A DNA stretch of 64,000 bases from Nitrospinales bacterium (GCA_965262115.1 OZ253496.1:544001-608000), one strand, 5' to 3'. Numbered from the stretch's first letter, positions 30,346 to 44,059 are shown. Notes: generated from the sequence alone by a model not told the origin. Made by a program: numbers and translations.

Positions 30346-31056
30346 TTAACGCGGTAAGTTTCTTCTCTCAATCGGGGCATGAACTTCTTTCCCGCAATGG
30401 GGGCATTGCAAGGGTCGCATTTTTTGCTTATGCAGTTCTTCGACAAACCCGTATGCGATGATTCCGACAGGCAGACCAAATGTTCCCAAACCCAGCATGG
30501 AAATGAAGCCCCCAAAAAAAATTTCCAAAGTGGTAATGGGATAAACATCCCCATAACCCACCGTCGTCATGGTGGAGACTGCCCACCACATCACCGCAGG
30601 AATACTCGAAAAAGCTTCTCTTTCAGAAATTCTTCCCCGGACCATCCCTCCTCCCAATTGGCCTTCCACGATTATTCCACCTTCTTTTTCCCCAGGATTG
30701 ATAACCACCCGGCCTGAATCACCGATGGGAATTTGGCCATTTATTCTCGCTTCCAGTTCATTCAATTGAGACCGCAGGCCTTGTTTCACCGTAATTCGTA
30801 AATTTTTGAGTTGGCCATCTATTTTTCCGAGAAGATTTTTAATCTCCCTCAATTTCCGGGGAGAAGCTCGCACAATGAGTTGCTGGCGCATTCCCGTGAC
30901 GGACTCATTTCGCCCCAACAACGGGCGAATGATGGGAATCACCTCCTCCATCATTCTATTTTTAAGGGGAAAGATCTTCAGCTTCTCCTGAGCCATCACC
31001 ACCGGAGCCGTGAGGAAAAAAATTAAAAAAGCGTATTTAAGGGATCTTGAAAACAT
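30346..31056 (-). CDS. Chimeric ORF: signal peptide + NolW/secretin-N-like domain fused to a K+ channel pore helix, filter and inner helix
   Basis: LKNR..EEVIPIIRPLL..QLIVRA..LGKID then FSSIPAVMWWAVSTMTTVGYGDVYP...CPHCG. Confidence 0.7.
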   Translation of the reverse strand: MFSRSLKYAFLIFFLTAPVVMAQEKLKIFPLKNRMMEEVIPIIRPLLGRNESVTGMRQQLIVRASPRKLREIKNLLGKIDGQLKNLRITVKQGLRSQLNELEARINGQIPIGDSGRVVINPGEKEGGIIVEGQLGGGMVRGRISEREAFSSIPAVMWWAVSTMTTVGYGDVYPITTLEIFFGGFISMLGLGTFGLPVGIIAYGFVEELHKQKMRPLQCPHCGKEVHAPIERRNLPR

Positions 31057-31139
31057 AATAGGAATTACTGCAATGAAAAAAGAGCTTCCCAGGAATGACA
31101 TCCGGAAACGCCAAAATTGTATCAGACAGGAAAACCCGA

Positions 31140-31680
31140 TTAAAATCCGCGGGTCTTGATCTTCGGGACAGATTTGATGAAACCCTGAAACCCATTCAGG
31201 CCCTCCGCAACATAAACCTCGAACTCAGTCTCTTCCATATTGCTTTTAGAAACTACTTTGGGCCTGGGCCTTAACTTTCTGCCATATTTCAGAAATTTGG
31301 CAAAGTTTTCACGGCATTCATCCACAAACCGGTTGAAATCATGATCGACGGTCATTCGGGCAGAGTAAAAATGCTTATGGGTTTTCTGCCGCTGACAAAC
31401 AAGCTCAGCACTCTTAAAACGAATTTGGATCGCTTCCTTGCGTTTCAGGTGCTGTTCATAGGAAAGGTGCATTTGCTCATCGCGTAGAAAGTTTATAGGC
31501 AGCGGTGGAAAGAACGAAATACTGCTTTTCTTTATCTGTCGAATCTGTCACATCCGGGTGATATTTCCGGGCCAATTGCCAATAACGTCTTTTAATCTGC
31601 TCTCCGCTGGCATAATTCTCCAGGCCCAGGAGGCAATAAAGGTTGTAGGCTTTTAAAACCGAAGGGTATTTCATGCTCAT
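31140..31680 (-). pseudogene. J-domain protein split by a +1 frameshift
   Basis: J domain with KYHPD. Removing one T in AAA CTT TCT ACG gives AYKLLRDEQMHLSYEQH, joining the two ORFs. Confidence 0.7.
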
Positions 31681-31776
31681 TATTATACAATGTCAAAAGA
31701 CAAGAGGGCCACTAAAACTGCCGAAACCATAATATTAGGTTATTAAAAGTGCCTATAAATATTATAAAATCGGCTT

Positions 31777-32464
31777 ATGATCGAATTGGCCTCAGTCCTA
31801 TTTATACTGCTTTTCTTCGTGTTCCCCCTGTCCGCTTTTGCTGCCAGTTTAGGATTGTTCACCACTTGCAGCCTTTACAAAAAATATGAGTCCTTTAGAA
31901 CCCAGTCCGCCGAAGGCAAGAAAAGCATGATTCCGGGCACGGTATTATTCCTGATAAATTTTATCTGCAGTATTTTTCTGGGAGCCGCCCGGGCGTTCGC
32001 AGTCTATTATTTTATTTTTGCTAATTTTTACCTTTTGACCTTCAATTTTTTATTCTGCTCAGCGATTTCACTGAGGTGGTTTGATTTCACACATAACCTC
32101 TATCGGCTGCTTATATTCAAGCTCAAACCCCAAGAGACCATCACCACATCCTATTTTGCTGTTTGTCAGGGTTTCCGGGAAAGTGACGGTTTCGGGCTGT
32201 CCCCGGTTTATACCGATGAGGGACATTGGCACTGGAAAATAACCGAGTGGTCTTTAAAGGGGTGTTTCGCGAGGAAACCTTCACCCATACCACCCGTGTA
32301 GAGAGGAAAAGTTCCGAAAAATAAAAAATTTTTCCAAACAGAACAGCCTTAAAAAAGCAAAAGTGTTGTTAATCACCCTGAAGAAAAAAATTTATCCATT
32401 CAAAAGCCGCCACGACCGCGACAAAATTTTCAAACAATTGGTGAGGCAATCCCAACCCTCCTGA
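31777..32464 (+). pseudogene. Hypothetical membrane protein, probably frameshifted in its 3' part
   Basis: Hydrophobic ORF 31777-32301. Protein-like sequence (TLALENNRVVFKGVFREE..; PFKSRHDRDKIFKQL) continues in other frames to TGA at about 32464. Confidence 0.45.
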
Positions 32465-32543
32465 AATCGTTAATTCCCTCTATTGAATGATTCCATAATA
32501 GAAGATAGAATAAAGAAACCTCCAAAAGCAGAGATTCCCTTTC

Positions 32544-33455
32544 ATGGCCCAACCTACAACCCGAAATTATTACAAGATTCTCGGCATCACCCAGAAAACT
32601 TCCAAAGCAGATATCAAAAAACGATATCGGGAGCTGGCAAAAAAATACCACCCCGACACCAATGCGGGAAGCAAAAAAGCCGAAGACAAATTTAAGCTCA
32701 TCTCCGAGGCCTATGAAACACTCAGTAACGCTAAAAAAAGGAAAGAGTACGATCGCCAGAGGGCCTATCAGAAAAAAACTCCGCGTCGGCCCCAGGGCCA
32801 ACCCAATTGGAATGCTCCTCCCGGCGGATTCGGAAGGGAACCGGGTGGCAGCCAGCAGGGGTTTGAAGAACCTTTCGCCCAGGAACCGGAGCCGATTGAT
32901 CCGGATATGCCGACCAGTGGGTTTGACCTGCAGTTCATGGTCGATGTCCCTCTCCCTGTCGCAGCATTGGGAGGAACTATTCATTACTCTTATGAGAAAT
33001 ATGTGCAATGCGAAGAATGTGAAGGAACCGGAACCCAGGGAAGTGATGAATGCGCGGAATGCCAGGGCAAACAACTGGTCGTCCGCTCTGTTACCTTGGA
33101 CGTAAAAATTCCTCCAGGCGTGGCCGACCAATACACTCTTGCCATCATCAAGGAAGGCGGGGCAGGCAGAAATGGAGGCCCTCCCGGAGACCTGTTTTTA
33201 AAAGTCTGCATACAGCCCCACCCAAAATTCAAACGGATCAAGAACGATATCATCCATGAAGTGACCATCCATTCCAAGTTGGCGGAAGAAGGCGGATCAC
33301 TTGAGGTTGAAACACTGAATGCCACCACAACCATTCAAGTAGAAGAAGAAACCCTGGTTGGAGAAGAATTACGCGTACCCGGAGAAGGCGCAGCCATAAA
33401 CTGGGGAAAAAAGCGGGGCGACCTCATTATCAAATTTAATATTGAGGAAAATTGA
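32544..33455 (+). CDS. DnaJ-class co-chaperone with reduced zinc finger
   Basis: J domain HPD, only two CxxCxG repeats, DnaJ_C motifs (IPPGV, PPGDL, RGDL). Confidence 0.85.
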   Translation: MAQPTTRNYYKILGITQKTSKADIKKRYRELAKKYHPDTNAGSKKAEDKFKLISEAYETLSNAKKRKEYDRQRAYQKKTPRRPQGQPNWNAPPGGFGREPGGSQQGFEEPFAQEPEPIDPDMPTSGFDLQFMVDVPLPVAALGGTIHYSYEKYVQCEECEGTGTQGSDECAECQGKQLVVRSVTLDVKIPPGVADQYTLAIIKEGGAGRNGGPPGDLFLKVCIQPHPKFKRIKNDIIHEVTIHSKLAEEGGSLEVETLNATTTIQVEEETLVGEELRVPGEGAAINWGKKRGDLIIKFNIEEN

Positions 33456-33457
33456 GC

Positions 33458-33724
33458 ATGAAGTTTATTTTATTCATGACCGGTTTCGCTTTGGCTCTCA
33501 TAGTAATCCTCTGGCTGATTTTTCGATCCGGAAAATCTCGCCCTTCCAAAAAACTCAAATCGCGGACGAAAAAAATTGCGCAACGGAAAAAAGGCAATAG
33601 AACTTTAAAGCCTGAACCGATCTCGCCAACAGGCGAACAACTGCGTGATAACGCTACGAAATTACTGAAAAAGAATCCGGAAGTGGTCAGCCAGGTGATA
33701 CGACAATGGCTACGCGATAAATAA
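33458..33724 (+). CDS. Small single-TM hypothetical protein
   Basis: N-terminal hydrophobic helix, basic linker, C-terminal NPEVVSQVIRQWL. Confidence 0.65.
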   Translation: MKFILFMTGFALALIVILWLIFRSGKSRPSKKLKSRTKKIAQRKKGNRTLKPEPISPTGEQLRDNATKLLKKNPEVVSQVIRQWLRDK

Positions 33725-33727
33725 GGT

Positions 33728-34495
33728 TTAACCCTTGTGGGCCTTCACCTCTGCCGCATGAGCTTTATCCCTTTTAAGCATTGCGGCTCTTTCCTCTGAT
33801 GAAAATTCTCTTTTGGGAGTGGGTTTGGGGGTTCCTTCGGAAGCCTTGGGTGCAGCCGCAACGGGTGCCGCTGGCGCCGCATCGGCCGAAGCTTCTGCCG
33901 GTTTTTCACTGATTGCTTCTGCATTTGGGGCAGGTTCAGCCGCTCCTGCCTTAGCAGGCGGAGCCTCTCCCTCTTTACGGATCAACCGCATTGAAGACCA
34001 GACTTCTGCGGTGGGATAAGCCGTGTCGAGCCCTATCTTCAAATCCATGCGGATAATTTTTTCATCGGAACACTCGGTGATCCAGGTATTGGACGCGCCA
34101 CCGGGCGCAAATATTCCGTCAACAGGATAGTTTGTTCCGTTTTTATCGACCAGAGATTTGACACCGGTCTTATCGAAAAGTGTCAAGGCCTCGGCCTTAT
34201 TGGGAATCCGCCAATTATCGTAGCCACCAAACTTGTCTTTATTCGTGTTGACCCAGTCTACATATTCTCGATGATCTTGCCAGGTATAAAACTTTTTCAC
34301 ATCCAGCCAGGTATCGGTCTTCTTCCACATAAAACCGGTATTGGGATCGGTGATGGTTCCATCATCGTTATCGACAAGGGGTTCTCCTACCGGACCCGCC
34401 TTTTTTGCCGCCTCGGCTTTTTTGGCGGCGGCAAGTTTGGCCTTTTCAGTGGGCGATAAAGCTGCGGCTTCTGAAGAAGGGGGGGTCTCTGACAT
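33728..34495 (-). CDS. DUF1566 (Lcl C-terminal-like) domain protein with Ala/Pro-rich tail
   Basis: DNDDGTITDPNTGFMW...GYDNWRIPN. Confidence 0.8.
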   Translation of the reverse strand: MSETPPSSEAAALSPTEKAKLAAAKKAEAAKKAGPVGEPLVDNDDGTITDPNTGFMWKKTDTWLDVKKFYTWQDHREYVDWVNTNKDKFGGYDNWRIPNKAEALTLFDKTGVKSLVDKNGTNYPVDGIFAPGGASNTWITECSDEKIIRMDLKIGLDTAYPTAEVWSSMRLIRKEGEAPPAKAGAAEPAPNAEAISEKPAEASADAAPAAPVAAAPKASEGTPKPTPKREFSSEERAAMLKRDKAHAAEVKAHKG

Positions 34496-34497
34496 GC

Positions 34498-34779
34498 TTA
34501 ACCTTTGTGAACCGTAGAAGATTCAATCTCTTCTAAAATATCATTCAAATCTTTTCCCGTGTCGGTGATATCTTTCAATATCTCACCCAGCCTGGATGCA
34601 GAACAGGCATCTAACCGAGAGTGAAAATCCACTCTGTAGTCAGCGGCATTTTTACGGATCCAATCCACAGCGACCTGCTCCTGAGTCTCACAACTCATAT
34701 TAGCGCATTTTTTATCCAGCAGGTTCGTCTGGGATAACCGTATGATTTCACAAATCAAATCTTCTTTGATCCGGCTCAT
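34498..34779 (-). CDS. Hypothetical protein
   Basis: 93-aa ORF ending 2 bp before the DUF1566 gene start on the same strand. Confidence 0.65.
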   Translation of the reverse strand: MSRIKEDLICEIIRLSQTNLLDKKCANMSCETQEQVAVDWIRKNAADYRVDFHSRLDACSASRLGEILKDITDTGKDLNDILEEIESSTVHKG

Positions 34780-35026
34780 ACTAAAATTTTAACACAAAAT
34801 ATGACGGTAAATTAGCCCTTTGGCTGTAAAAAGGGGCCACTCTATAACGGTTTTTCAGGCTTGTCAACGTGATATTTCTGTAACCATATATATCTTTGAT
34901 ACTTATAGAGTTATCGCTATTTTTCCGGCATGGACTGGCAATATTTCCCGGACACGGTTTTATCGCCTCGTTCCACAAACATGATGCCCTTTTAACGGGG
35001 CAATGGGAGCCTACAACCTGCCCTGC

Positions 35027-35839
35027 TCAGCTCGAGGATCGAGGGTCAAAAACCTCGCGCAAGCTATCCCCTAAAAAATTGAACGAAAGGATGGTTAAGA
35101 AGATTGCCAAAGAGGGAAACAAAATAAGGTGCGGATAAAACTTGATCGCCGTCCAGCCATCGTTGGCCAAGGTCCCCCAACTGCTGAATGGAGGAGCTAT
35201 TCCCAACCCGATAAAACTCAATGTCGACTCGGCTAAAATCGCCATAGGTATGCGAAAACTCAAAGTCACCACCAGAATACCGAGGATGTTAGGAAGAATT
35301 TCCCGCACCAGTATCCTTGCAGGGCTTGCGCCCAGTGCACGGGCCGCCATCACGTAAGGAAACTCTTTGATCCTGAGGACCTCTCCGCGCACCAGCCTGG
35401 CAACCGTGACCCAACTCACCAACGTCAACGCAACAAAAACCCCCGCCACTCCCCGCCCCATCAAAACGGTGATGAGAATAATCATCAACAAGTCGGGCAA
35501 AGCGAAAACCACATCCACCAGCCGCATCATCAGGTTGTCGGTCCTGCCGCCGATATAAGCCGAAATGGCTCCATAGACCGTTCCGATCAGCAAGGCGAAC
35601 AAAGTGGTAAACACACCGATAAACAGTGACACCCGCGCTCCATAAATCATGCGCGAAAGAAGATCGCGACCCAGACGGTCGGTGCCCATCCAATGCTCCA
35701 GACTGGGAAAAGCCAGAGTCTGCAACGTGTCCTGCGTTTCATAGGAATACGGAGCCACCCATGGGGCCAACACCGCAATCGCGGAAACAGTCAGCAGGAA
35801 ACCAGCACTCAATTTAGAAGTCAGGGAATATTTATTCAT
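35027..35839 (-). CDS. oppC: Oligopeptide/dipeptide ABC permease (OppC/DppC type)
   Basis: HWMGTDRLGRD, ARLVRG, EAA-loop AARALGAS. Confidence 0.88.
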   Translation of the reverse strand: MNKYSLTSKLSAGFLLTVSAIAVLAPWVAPYSYETQDTLQTLAFPSLEHWMGTDRLGRDLLSRMIYGARVSLFIGVFTTLFALLIGTVYGAISAYIGGRTDNLMMRLVDVVFALPDLLMIILITVLMGRGVAGVFVALTLVSWVTVARLVRGEVLRIKEFPYVMAARALGASPARILVREILPNILGILVVTLSFRIPMAILAESTLSFIGLGIAPPFSSWGTLANDGWTAIKFYPHLILFPSLAIFLTILSFNFLGDSLREVFDPRSSS

Positions 35840-35843
35840 GCAT

Positions 35844-36761
35844 TTATTTCAAAGTTACTCTCGGGTCCAGCCAGCCGTAAATCATATCGACCACCAAATT
35901 GGCGACCACAATCAGCACCGCGTAAACCAGCGTCACTCCCATGATTAACGGATAATCCCGGTTGGTCACAGCGGTGATGAAGAACCGTCCCATCCCTGGA
36001 ATGGAAAAAATAAATTCAATCACAAATGACCCGGTGATCAGTCCGGCGGTCAAAGGACCCATCACCGAAACAATGGGATAGATGGAGTTGATCAAAACAT
36101 GTTTGAACATGATCACTGGCTCCGTCAGGCCCTTGGCCCGTGCAGTGCGGATATAGTCGGAAGATAAAACATCCAGCATCGTGGTGCGGGTCAGCCGGGC
36201 GACATAGCCGGCAAAACCGGCCCCCAAGGCAAATGCCGGTAAAATCATGTGGCGGGGTCCTTCCCACAAGGCAGGCGGGAGCCAGTGCCAGTGATGCGAA
36301 AAAACCCATACGGAGATTGCCCCCAGCACAAAACTGGGCACAGAAATTCCCATCGCCGCCAAAAGCAGGACAGACCGGTCCAGCGCAGAGTTTTGCCAGT
36401 ATGCCGAGATCATCCCGGCAGGCACCCCCAACCCCAAAACAACCAGAACCGCGCAGAGTCCTAAAGTAAAAGAAACCGGAAACGTGTCCCGGATGATATC
36501 CGAAACATCGCGCCCCAGATATTTATAAGACGGCCCCAGATCGCCCTGCAACAATTGCTTCATGTATAGAAGATATTGCAGTGGAACAGGCTTATCGAGA
36601 TGATACTTGGCTTCTATATTGGCGATGATTTCCGGAGGAAGAATTTTTTCCGAATCGAACGGTCCGCCTGGAACCACATGCATAATGAGAAAGGTGAGCG
36701 TCGCAACCGTGATCAGAACAGGTACTCCTAATAAAATCCGCCTGAGAACAAATCGCAACAT
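35844..36761 (-). CDS. oppB: Oligopeptide ABC permease (OppB type)
   Basis: PGGPFD, GDLGPSY, DYIRTARAKGL, NRDYPLIMG. Confidence 0.9.
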   Translation of the reverse strand: MLRFVLRRILLGVPVLITVATLTFLIMHVVPGGPFDSEKILPPEIIANIEAKYHLDKPVPLQYLLYMKQLLQGDLGPSYKYLGRDVSDIIRDTFPVSFTLGLCAVLVVLGLGVPAGMISAYWQNSALDRSVLLLAAMGISVPSFVLGAISVWVFSHHWHWLPPALWEGPRHMILPAFALGAGFAGYVARLTRTTMLDVLSSDYIRTARAKGLTEPVIMFKHVLINSIYPIVSVMGPLTAGLITGSFVIEFIFSIPGMGRFFITAVTNRDYPLIMGVTLVYAVLIVVANLVVDMIYGWLDPRVTLK

Positions 36762-36869
36762 AAGATTATTTTACCATACACCAAGGCGGAGCGAGAAAAG
36801 GACGGTAGCAAGAGGTTTCAACCGAGATAACCTGTTGTTTGTCAGATAGGTCAATGCAAGCTGGCAGCA

Positions 36870-36909
36870 TATTATGACCCATCATCAGTCTTCATGCTCC
36901 GAAGGGGTA
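36870..36909 (+). mobile_element. Mini-element, copy D (more diverged at its 5' end)
   Basis: TATTATGACCCATCATCAGTCTTCATGCTCCGAAGGGGTA aligns with copy C. Confidence 0.6.
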
Positions 36910-36994
36910 CGCCTGAGGGGGGGGGAATAATTTCCTTCCAAACCTGGCCGGTAGGATATAATACAAGGCCGTTTATTTTTTTACCGGAAGCTTC

Positions 36995-38815
36995 ATGAAC
37001 TACCATTCATTAAGAGAATTCATAGACCGGTTGGAGTTTGAGGGAGAACTCCTGCGGATCAAAGAACACGTTTCTCCCATTCTCGAAATCGCGGAAATCA
37101 CCGACCGGGTCTCCAAACAACCCAATGGTGGAAAAGCCCTGCTGTTCGAAAATGTTGAAGGCAGTTCCATGCCGGTGCTGATCAATGCCTTTGGCAGTGC
37201 GAAACGCATGAACATGGCGCTGGGTGTCCATAACATTGAGGACATCCCCAGAAGAATCGAACGCTATATAAAGATTCCGCCTCCCACAACTCTATTGGAA
37301 AAAGCAAAGCTTTTGCCCATGCTTTTGCAGGCGGCGCAGTTTCCGCCCAAACTCTTGCGCACGGCTCATCCTCCCTGCCAGCAAGTCGTCCATATGAATG
37401 ACGATATCGATCTGGGAATGATTCCGATTCTGCAGTGCTGGCCCCAAGACGCGGGGCGGTTCATCACCTTTCCCATTGTTATCAACCGCAGTGCCGACAA
37501 AAAAATCAGGAATGTCGGACTCTACCGCATGCAGGTGTATGACAAAAAAACCACCGCCATGCACTGGCATATCCATAAGGACGGTGCCCATTTTTTCCAT
37601 GAATATAAAAAACAGAATAAGATAATGGAAGTCGCGGTTGCCCTCGGCGCCGACCCGGCATCCTGCTATTCCGCTTCCGCTCCCCTGCCCTATGGCATTG
37701 ACGAGTTTCTCCTCGCCGGTTTTATCCGCAAGCAAAGCGTACCGTTGGTGAAATGCAAAACGGTTGATCTGGAAGTTCCGGCCAATGCAGAAATTGTTCT
37801 GGAAGGATTCATCGACCCCTCGGAAATGCGGCTGGAAGGTCCGTTCGGCGACCACACCGGCTATTACTCGCAGGATGGGGATTACCCGGTCCTGCATCTC
37901 ACTGCTATCACGCACCGCAAAGACCCTGTTTATCTGACCACCATCGTGGGCAAACCTCCTCAGGAGGATTTTTATCTGGGCCGGGCCACCGAGCGCATCT
38001 TTCTGCCTCTGCTAAAAACCCAGCTTCCTGAAATCGTGGATATGGATATGCCGGTGGAGGGAGTCTTTCACAATTGCGTCATTGTTTCTCTCGACAAGCG
38101 TTACCCCATGCAGTCCCGACGGCTGATGAGCGCTCTATGGGGACTAGGCCAAATGAGTTTTGTCAAAACCATTGTCACCGTTGATGCCGAGGTCAATGTT
38201 CATGACTATGAAGAGGTGGCAAACCTTTTACTCGGCAAGGTGGATTTTCAAACAGACCTGTTTTTCTCTGAAGGAATTCTCGATGTACTCAACCATGCTT
38301 CCGACCAGACGCTATACGGCTCGAAGCTGGGCATAGATATTACCACGAAAATTGAAGGCGAGCCGGGTTACGGCAAAGAGGCCCATGCCCTCCCCCAAAC
38401 CCACACGCTTCCAACACCTGAACAAGTGATGGAAGCATTTCAGGAGCTTAAAGCCTGCCGGATTTTAGAACTTCAAGCCCCCGTTCTGCTAGTGGCTCTC
38501 GATAAAACCGCTCCCAATCAGGGTGAGGAGTTCATCGATTCGTTTCTCGATCATCCTGACTTTTCTGCTATTGAAATTGTCATCGTGCTGGAAGGCCATG
38601 TCGATGTCGAAAACCTCTCTGCCGCAATGTGGAAGTTTTTCAACAACCTGGATCCAAAACGGGACTTTCATTTTCAGGAGGAACGGCTGGGCATTGATGT
38701 GACGCAAAAGTTCCCCGAAGAAGGTTATCAACAACACTGGCCGGACGAGATTGAAATGACTTCGGAGATTAAAACCATGGTCGATCAAAAATGGAACGAC
38801 CTGTTTAAGGAATAA
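36995..38815 (+). CDS. UbiD-family menaquinone (futalosine pathway) decarboxylase, long form
   Basis: [29 protein letters not shown], duplicated C-terminal GID.T.K segment. Confidence 0.88.
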   Translation: MNYHSLREFIDRLEFEGELLRIKEHVSPILEIAEITDRVSKQPNGGKALLFENVEGSSMPVLINAFGSAKRMNMALGVHNIEDIPRRIERYIKIPPPTTLLEKAKLLPMLLQAAQFPPKLLRTAHPPCQQVVHMNDDIDLGMIPILQCWPQDAGRFITFPIVINRSADKKIRNVGLYRMQVYDKKTTAMHWHIHKDGAHFFHEYKKQNKIMEVAVALGADPASCYSASAPLPYGIDEFLLAGFIRKQSVPLVKCKTVDLEVPANAEIVLEGFIDPSEMRLEGPFGDHTGYYSQDGDYPVLHLTAITHRKDPVYLTTIVGKPPQEDFYLGRATERIFLPLLKTQLPEIVDMDMPVEGVFHNCVIVSLDKRYPMQSRRLMSALWGLGQMSFVKTIVTVDAEVNVHDYEEVANLLLGKVDFQTDLFFSEGILDVLNHASDQTLYGSKLGIDITTKIEGEPGYGKEAHALPQTHTLPTPEQVMEAFQELKACRILELQAPVLLVALDKTAPNQGEEFIDSFLDHPDFSAIEIVIVLEGHVDVENLSAAMWKFFNNLDPKRDFHFQEERLGIDVTQKFPEEGYQQHWPDEIEMTSEIKTMVDQKWNDLFKE

Positions 38816-38831
38816 TTGGTACTCCGACATA

Positions 38832-41657
38832 ATGGCACTGGAACACATCACCATAAAAGGCGCAAGGGAACACAACCTTAAAAACCTCAATCTCACTCTG
38901 CCACGGGAAAAACTTGTGGTAATAACGGGGCTAAGCGGTTCAGGAAAGTCGTCCCTCGCATTTGATACCATTTATGCCGAGGGCCAACGCCGATACGTCG
39001 AATCCCTTTCTGCCTACGCGCGGCAGTTTCTCCAATTGATGGAAAAACCCGATGTGGACTCCATTGACGGACTCTCCCCCGCCATCTCTATCGAGCAGAA
39101 AACGTCAAGCAAAAATCCCCGCTCCACCGTTGGCACGGTGACGGAAATTTACGACTATCTGCGCCTGCTCTACGCCAGAGTCGGCAAGGTTTCCTGTTAC
39201 GCTTGCGGACGGCAAATCACTTCACAAACCGTGCAACATATTGTTGACCAGGTTCAGGCTATCCATATCGGCAAGAAAGTGATGATTCTTTCCCCTGTAG
39301 CCCGGAACAAAAAGGGAGAATTTAAAAGAGAAATTCTGGATATGAAACGGAACGGATTCGTGCGCGCACGGATCAACGGGGAAGTTCGCTCTCTGGAAGA
39401 GGAAATTGTTCTCAACAAAAAATTCAAGCATACTCTGGAAACAGTGGTGGACAGGCTAGTCATTAAGGAAAAAATGGGCAAACGGCTGGCCGACTCGGTC
39501 GAAACCGCACTCAATCATGGAGAGGGCTCCCTGGTCGTTGCAATTCTTGAGGATGACAAGGAATCTCAGGAATTGTTGTTCAGCGAAAAATTCGCCTGCA
39601 GTTATTGTAACATCAGTTATCCGGAACTGGAACCGCGCCTGTTCTCCTTCAACAATCCGCAGGGAGCCTGCGCTCAATGTGATGGTCTGGGAATCAAAAT
39701 GGTGATCGACCATGAACTGGTCGTTCCGGATCCTAAGCTTTCTATCCGTGATGGAGCTTTGAAACCCTGGGAAAAACGCAGTTCCATCTATTTCCACCAA
39801 ATGCTGGATACGATTTCCAGTCACTTCAAGTTCAAACTCAGCACCGCATTTGAGAAACTTCCTAAAAAGATTCGCGATATTCTGTTATTCGGCTCCGGTG
39901 ATGAACCGATAAAATATTATTTTGAAAAAGACGACAAAAAAAAATTCTATACCGACACCTTCGATGGAGTGATTCCAGACCTGGCGAGGCGTTACCGGGA
40001 AACTGATTCCACCTCCAGCCGCGAAGAGATTGCGCGCTACATGCGTCCCCTTTCCTGCCAAGCCTGCGGCGGCGACCGGTTACGGAAAGAAGCCGTCTCG
40101 GTAAAGATCGCCAACCTGAATATCGTAGAACTCACGGCATTCTCCATCGGTCGGGCCTATCAATTTTTTCAGGCGTTGAAGTTAAGCCGGCAGGAACACA
40201 ATATCGCCCGCAGGATCGTCAAGGAAATTAAGGAGCGGTTGGGGTTCCTCACCAATGTCGGGTTGGAATATCTTTCTCTCGACCGTTCCTCAGCCACCCT
40301 GTCGGGAGGAGAAGGTCAGCGTATCCGTCTCGCCACCCAGATCGGCTCCAGTTTAATGGGAGTTCTATACGTCCTCGATGAGCCCAGCATTGGACTGCAC
40401 CAGAGAGACAATGACCGTCTGCTCAACACCCTTGTCCGCCTGCGTGATCTTGGTAACACCGTCATCGTCGTCGAGCATGATGAGGCTACCATCCGGGCCG
40501 CCGACTATGTTGTGGACCTCGGACCTGGCGCGGGGGTTCATGGCGGTGAAACTATTTTTGCTGGCACACCAAAAGCCCTGCTGAAATCGAAAGACTCCCT
40601 GACAGGACAATATCTATCGGGGAGGAAAAAGATTCCACTGCCCAAAAACCGGCGCAAGGGCAGTGGCAAAATACTTGAGATTCAAGGAGCCCAGGAAAAT
40701 AACCTGAAAGAAATATCGGTAAAAATTCCTCTCGGTTGTTTTGTCTGCGTCACCGGAGTGTCCGGTTCGGGCAAGAGCACGCTCACCATTGATATTTTAT
40801 ATAAGGCTCTGGCCCGACATTTTTGGAACTCGCTGGACAAGCCCGGAGAGTTTAAAAAAATCCAGGGCATTCAATGGCTCGACAAAGTCATCGATATTGA
40901 TCAATCGCCAATAGGCAGAACGCCCAGGTCCAATCCCGCCACCTATACCGGCGTGTTCACCCTTGTGCGCGAATTGTTCAGCCAGGTTCCCGAGTCCCGC
41001 GCCCGTGGCTACAAACCGGGCCGGTTCAGCTTTAATGTTAAAGGGGGACGATGCGAAGCCTGCCAGGGCGATGGGGTCATTAAAGTGGAGATGCATTTTC
41101 TCCCCGATGTGTTCGTCACCTGCGAGGTTTGCCAGGGCAAACGCTTCAACCGCGAAACCATGGAAATTTTTTATAAAGGAAAAAATGTTGCCGATGTGCT
41201 GAATATGACTTCGGAAGAAGCCAAGGAGTTTTTCACCAACATTCCTCCCATTAAAACCAAACTGCAAACCATCACCGATGTCGGGCTCGATTACATCCGC
41301 CTCGGCCAGCAGGCCACCACATTATCCGGCGGCGAGGCTCAGAGGGTAAAGTTGTCCAAGGAGTTGAGCAAGCGCAGTACCGGCAGAACCCTGTACATTC
41401 TGGATGAGCCGACAACAGGACTACATTTTGCAGACATTGAGCATTTGCTGAAGGTTCTCAACAAACTGGTCGATGCCGGCAATACGGTTATCATTATTGA
41501 GCACAATATGGATGTGATCAAAACCGCCGATCATATCATCGACCTCGGCCCTGAAGGTGGCGACGGAGGAGGCCAAGTGCTTGCCGAAGGCCCGCCGGAA
41601 AAAGTCGCAAAAGTTAAAGCTTCTTACACCGGGAAATATTTAAAGGAATACCTTTAA
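38832..41657 (+). CDS. uvrA: Excinuclease ABC subunit A
   Basis: [32 protein letters not shown], two ABC domains with zinc fingers. Confidence 0.98.
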   Translation: MALEHITIKGAREHNLKNLNLTLPREKLVVITGLSGSGKSSLAFDTIYAEGQRRYVESLSAYARQFLQLMEKPDVDSIDGLSPAISIEQKTSSKNPRSTVGTVTEIYDYLRLLYARVGKVSCYACGRQITSQTVQHIVDQVQAIHIGKKVMILSPVARNKKGEFKREILDMKRNGFVRARINGEVRSLEEEIVLNKKFKHTLETVVDRLVIKEKMGKRLADSVETALNHGEGSLVVAILEDDKESQELLFSEKFACSYCNISYPELEPRLFSFNNPQGACAQCDGLGIKMVIDHELVVPDPKLSIRDGALKPWEKRSSIYFHQMLDTISSHFKFKLSTAFEKLPKKIRDILLFGSGDEPIKYYFEKDDKKKFYTDTFDGVIPDLARRYRETDSTSSREEIARYMRPLSCQACGGDRLRKEAVSVKIANLNIVELTAFSIGRAYQFFQALKLSRQEHNIARRIVKEIKERLGFLTNVGLEYLSLDRSSATLSGGEGQRIRLATQIGSSLMGVLYVLDEPSIGLHQRDNDRLLNTLVRLRDLGNTVIVVEHDEATIRAADYVVDLGPGAGVHGGETIFAGTPKALLKSKDSLTGQYLSGRKKIPLPKNRRKGSGKILEIQGAQENNLKEISVKIPLGCFVCVTGVSGSGKSTLTIDILYKALARHFWNSLDKPGEFKKIQGIQWLDKVIDIDQSPIGRTPRSNPATYTGVFTLVRELFSQVPESRARGYKPGRFSFNVKGGRCEACQGDGVIKVEMHFLPDVFVTCEVCQGKRFNRETMEIFYKGKNVADVLNMTSEEAKEFFTNIPPIKTKLQTITDVGLDYIRLGQQATTLSGGEAQRVKLSKELSKRSTGRTLYILDEPTTGLHFADIEHLLKVLNKLVDAGNTVIIIEHNMDVIKTADHIIDLGPEGGDGGGQVLAEGPPEKVAKVKASYTGKYLKEYL

Positions 41658-41663
41658 TATTTT

Positions 41664-42131
41664 CTAGGGCTTGATATACAAATAACCCTGTTCCTGCAAA
41701 TCAGCGATACGTTTGACTGCCACAGGATGTTCCGTCGGAATAAAACCCGGCTCCAGAGAATCAAGCGGTTTCCCGAACAACTTCATCGAAACCTGACACA
41801 TTTCAGGTTGCACCCCTTTGGCAATGATCATGGCCAGTTTCTTTTTCAAAACCGGGTCGATGGTTTCTTTATCGAAAAGTTTCAGGGCCGGGCCGTGTAC
41901 CACCACTTTTATATCTATCTTGTCCGGTCCGCCTTCGGCTTCTATATGCTTGCTGATCAAGGCCATCGCATATTTTGCCACACCCACATCCGTACCATCG
42001 ATATGATACAAAACTTTGAGCCTGCCATTTTCATCACGATTATTCGCACCCTCTACCGTGGAACACAAAATAAATAAGCCCGCGAATATTGCGATAAACT
42101 GAAAAATCCAACCCCTTTGTATATTGGTCAT
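41664..42131 (-). CDS. Secreted DsrE-family protein
   Basis: Signal peptide, KVLYHID, VVVHGPAL, single Cys, LQEQGYLYIKP. Confidence 0.8.
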   Translation of the reverse strand: MTNIQRGWIFQFIAIFAGLFILCSTVEGANNRDENGRLKVLYHIDGTDVGVAKYAMALISKHIEAEGGPDKIDIKVVVHGPALKLFDKETIDPVLKKKLAMIIAKGVQPEMCQVSMKLFGKPLDSLEPGFIPTEHPVAVKRIADLQEQGYLYIKP

Positions 42132-42239
42132 GAAACCCTCCCACTGTGAATTATTGATAGTACCTAGTCTATCACTTCGAGAAATCCTCGGGGGGGTATA
42201 AAATGTAGGAATTGAGATTGGTAGGAGAGGGGTAAGCTA

Positions 42240-44059
<1,820 letters not shown>

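Noticed and set aside
34869..34905. Extra mini-element copy (starts CGTGATATTTCT)
   Set aside because: No terminal hairpin or GGGGTA end.
42160..42198. Extra mini-element copy (ends in GGGGTA)
   Set aside because: No GTGAT start and no CTTC-TGCCCC segment.
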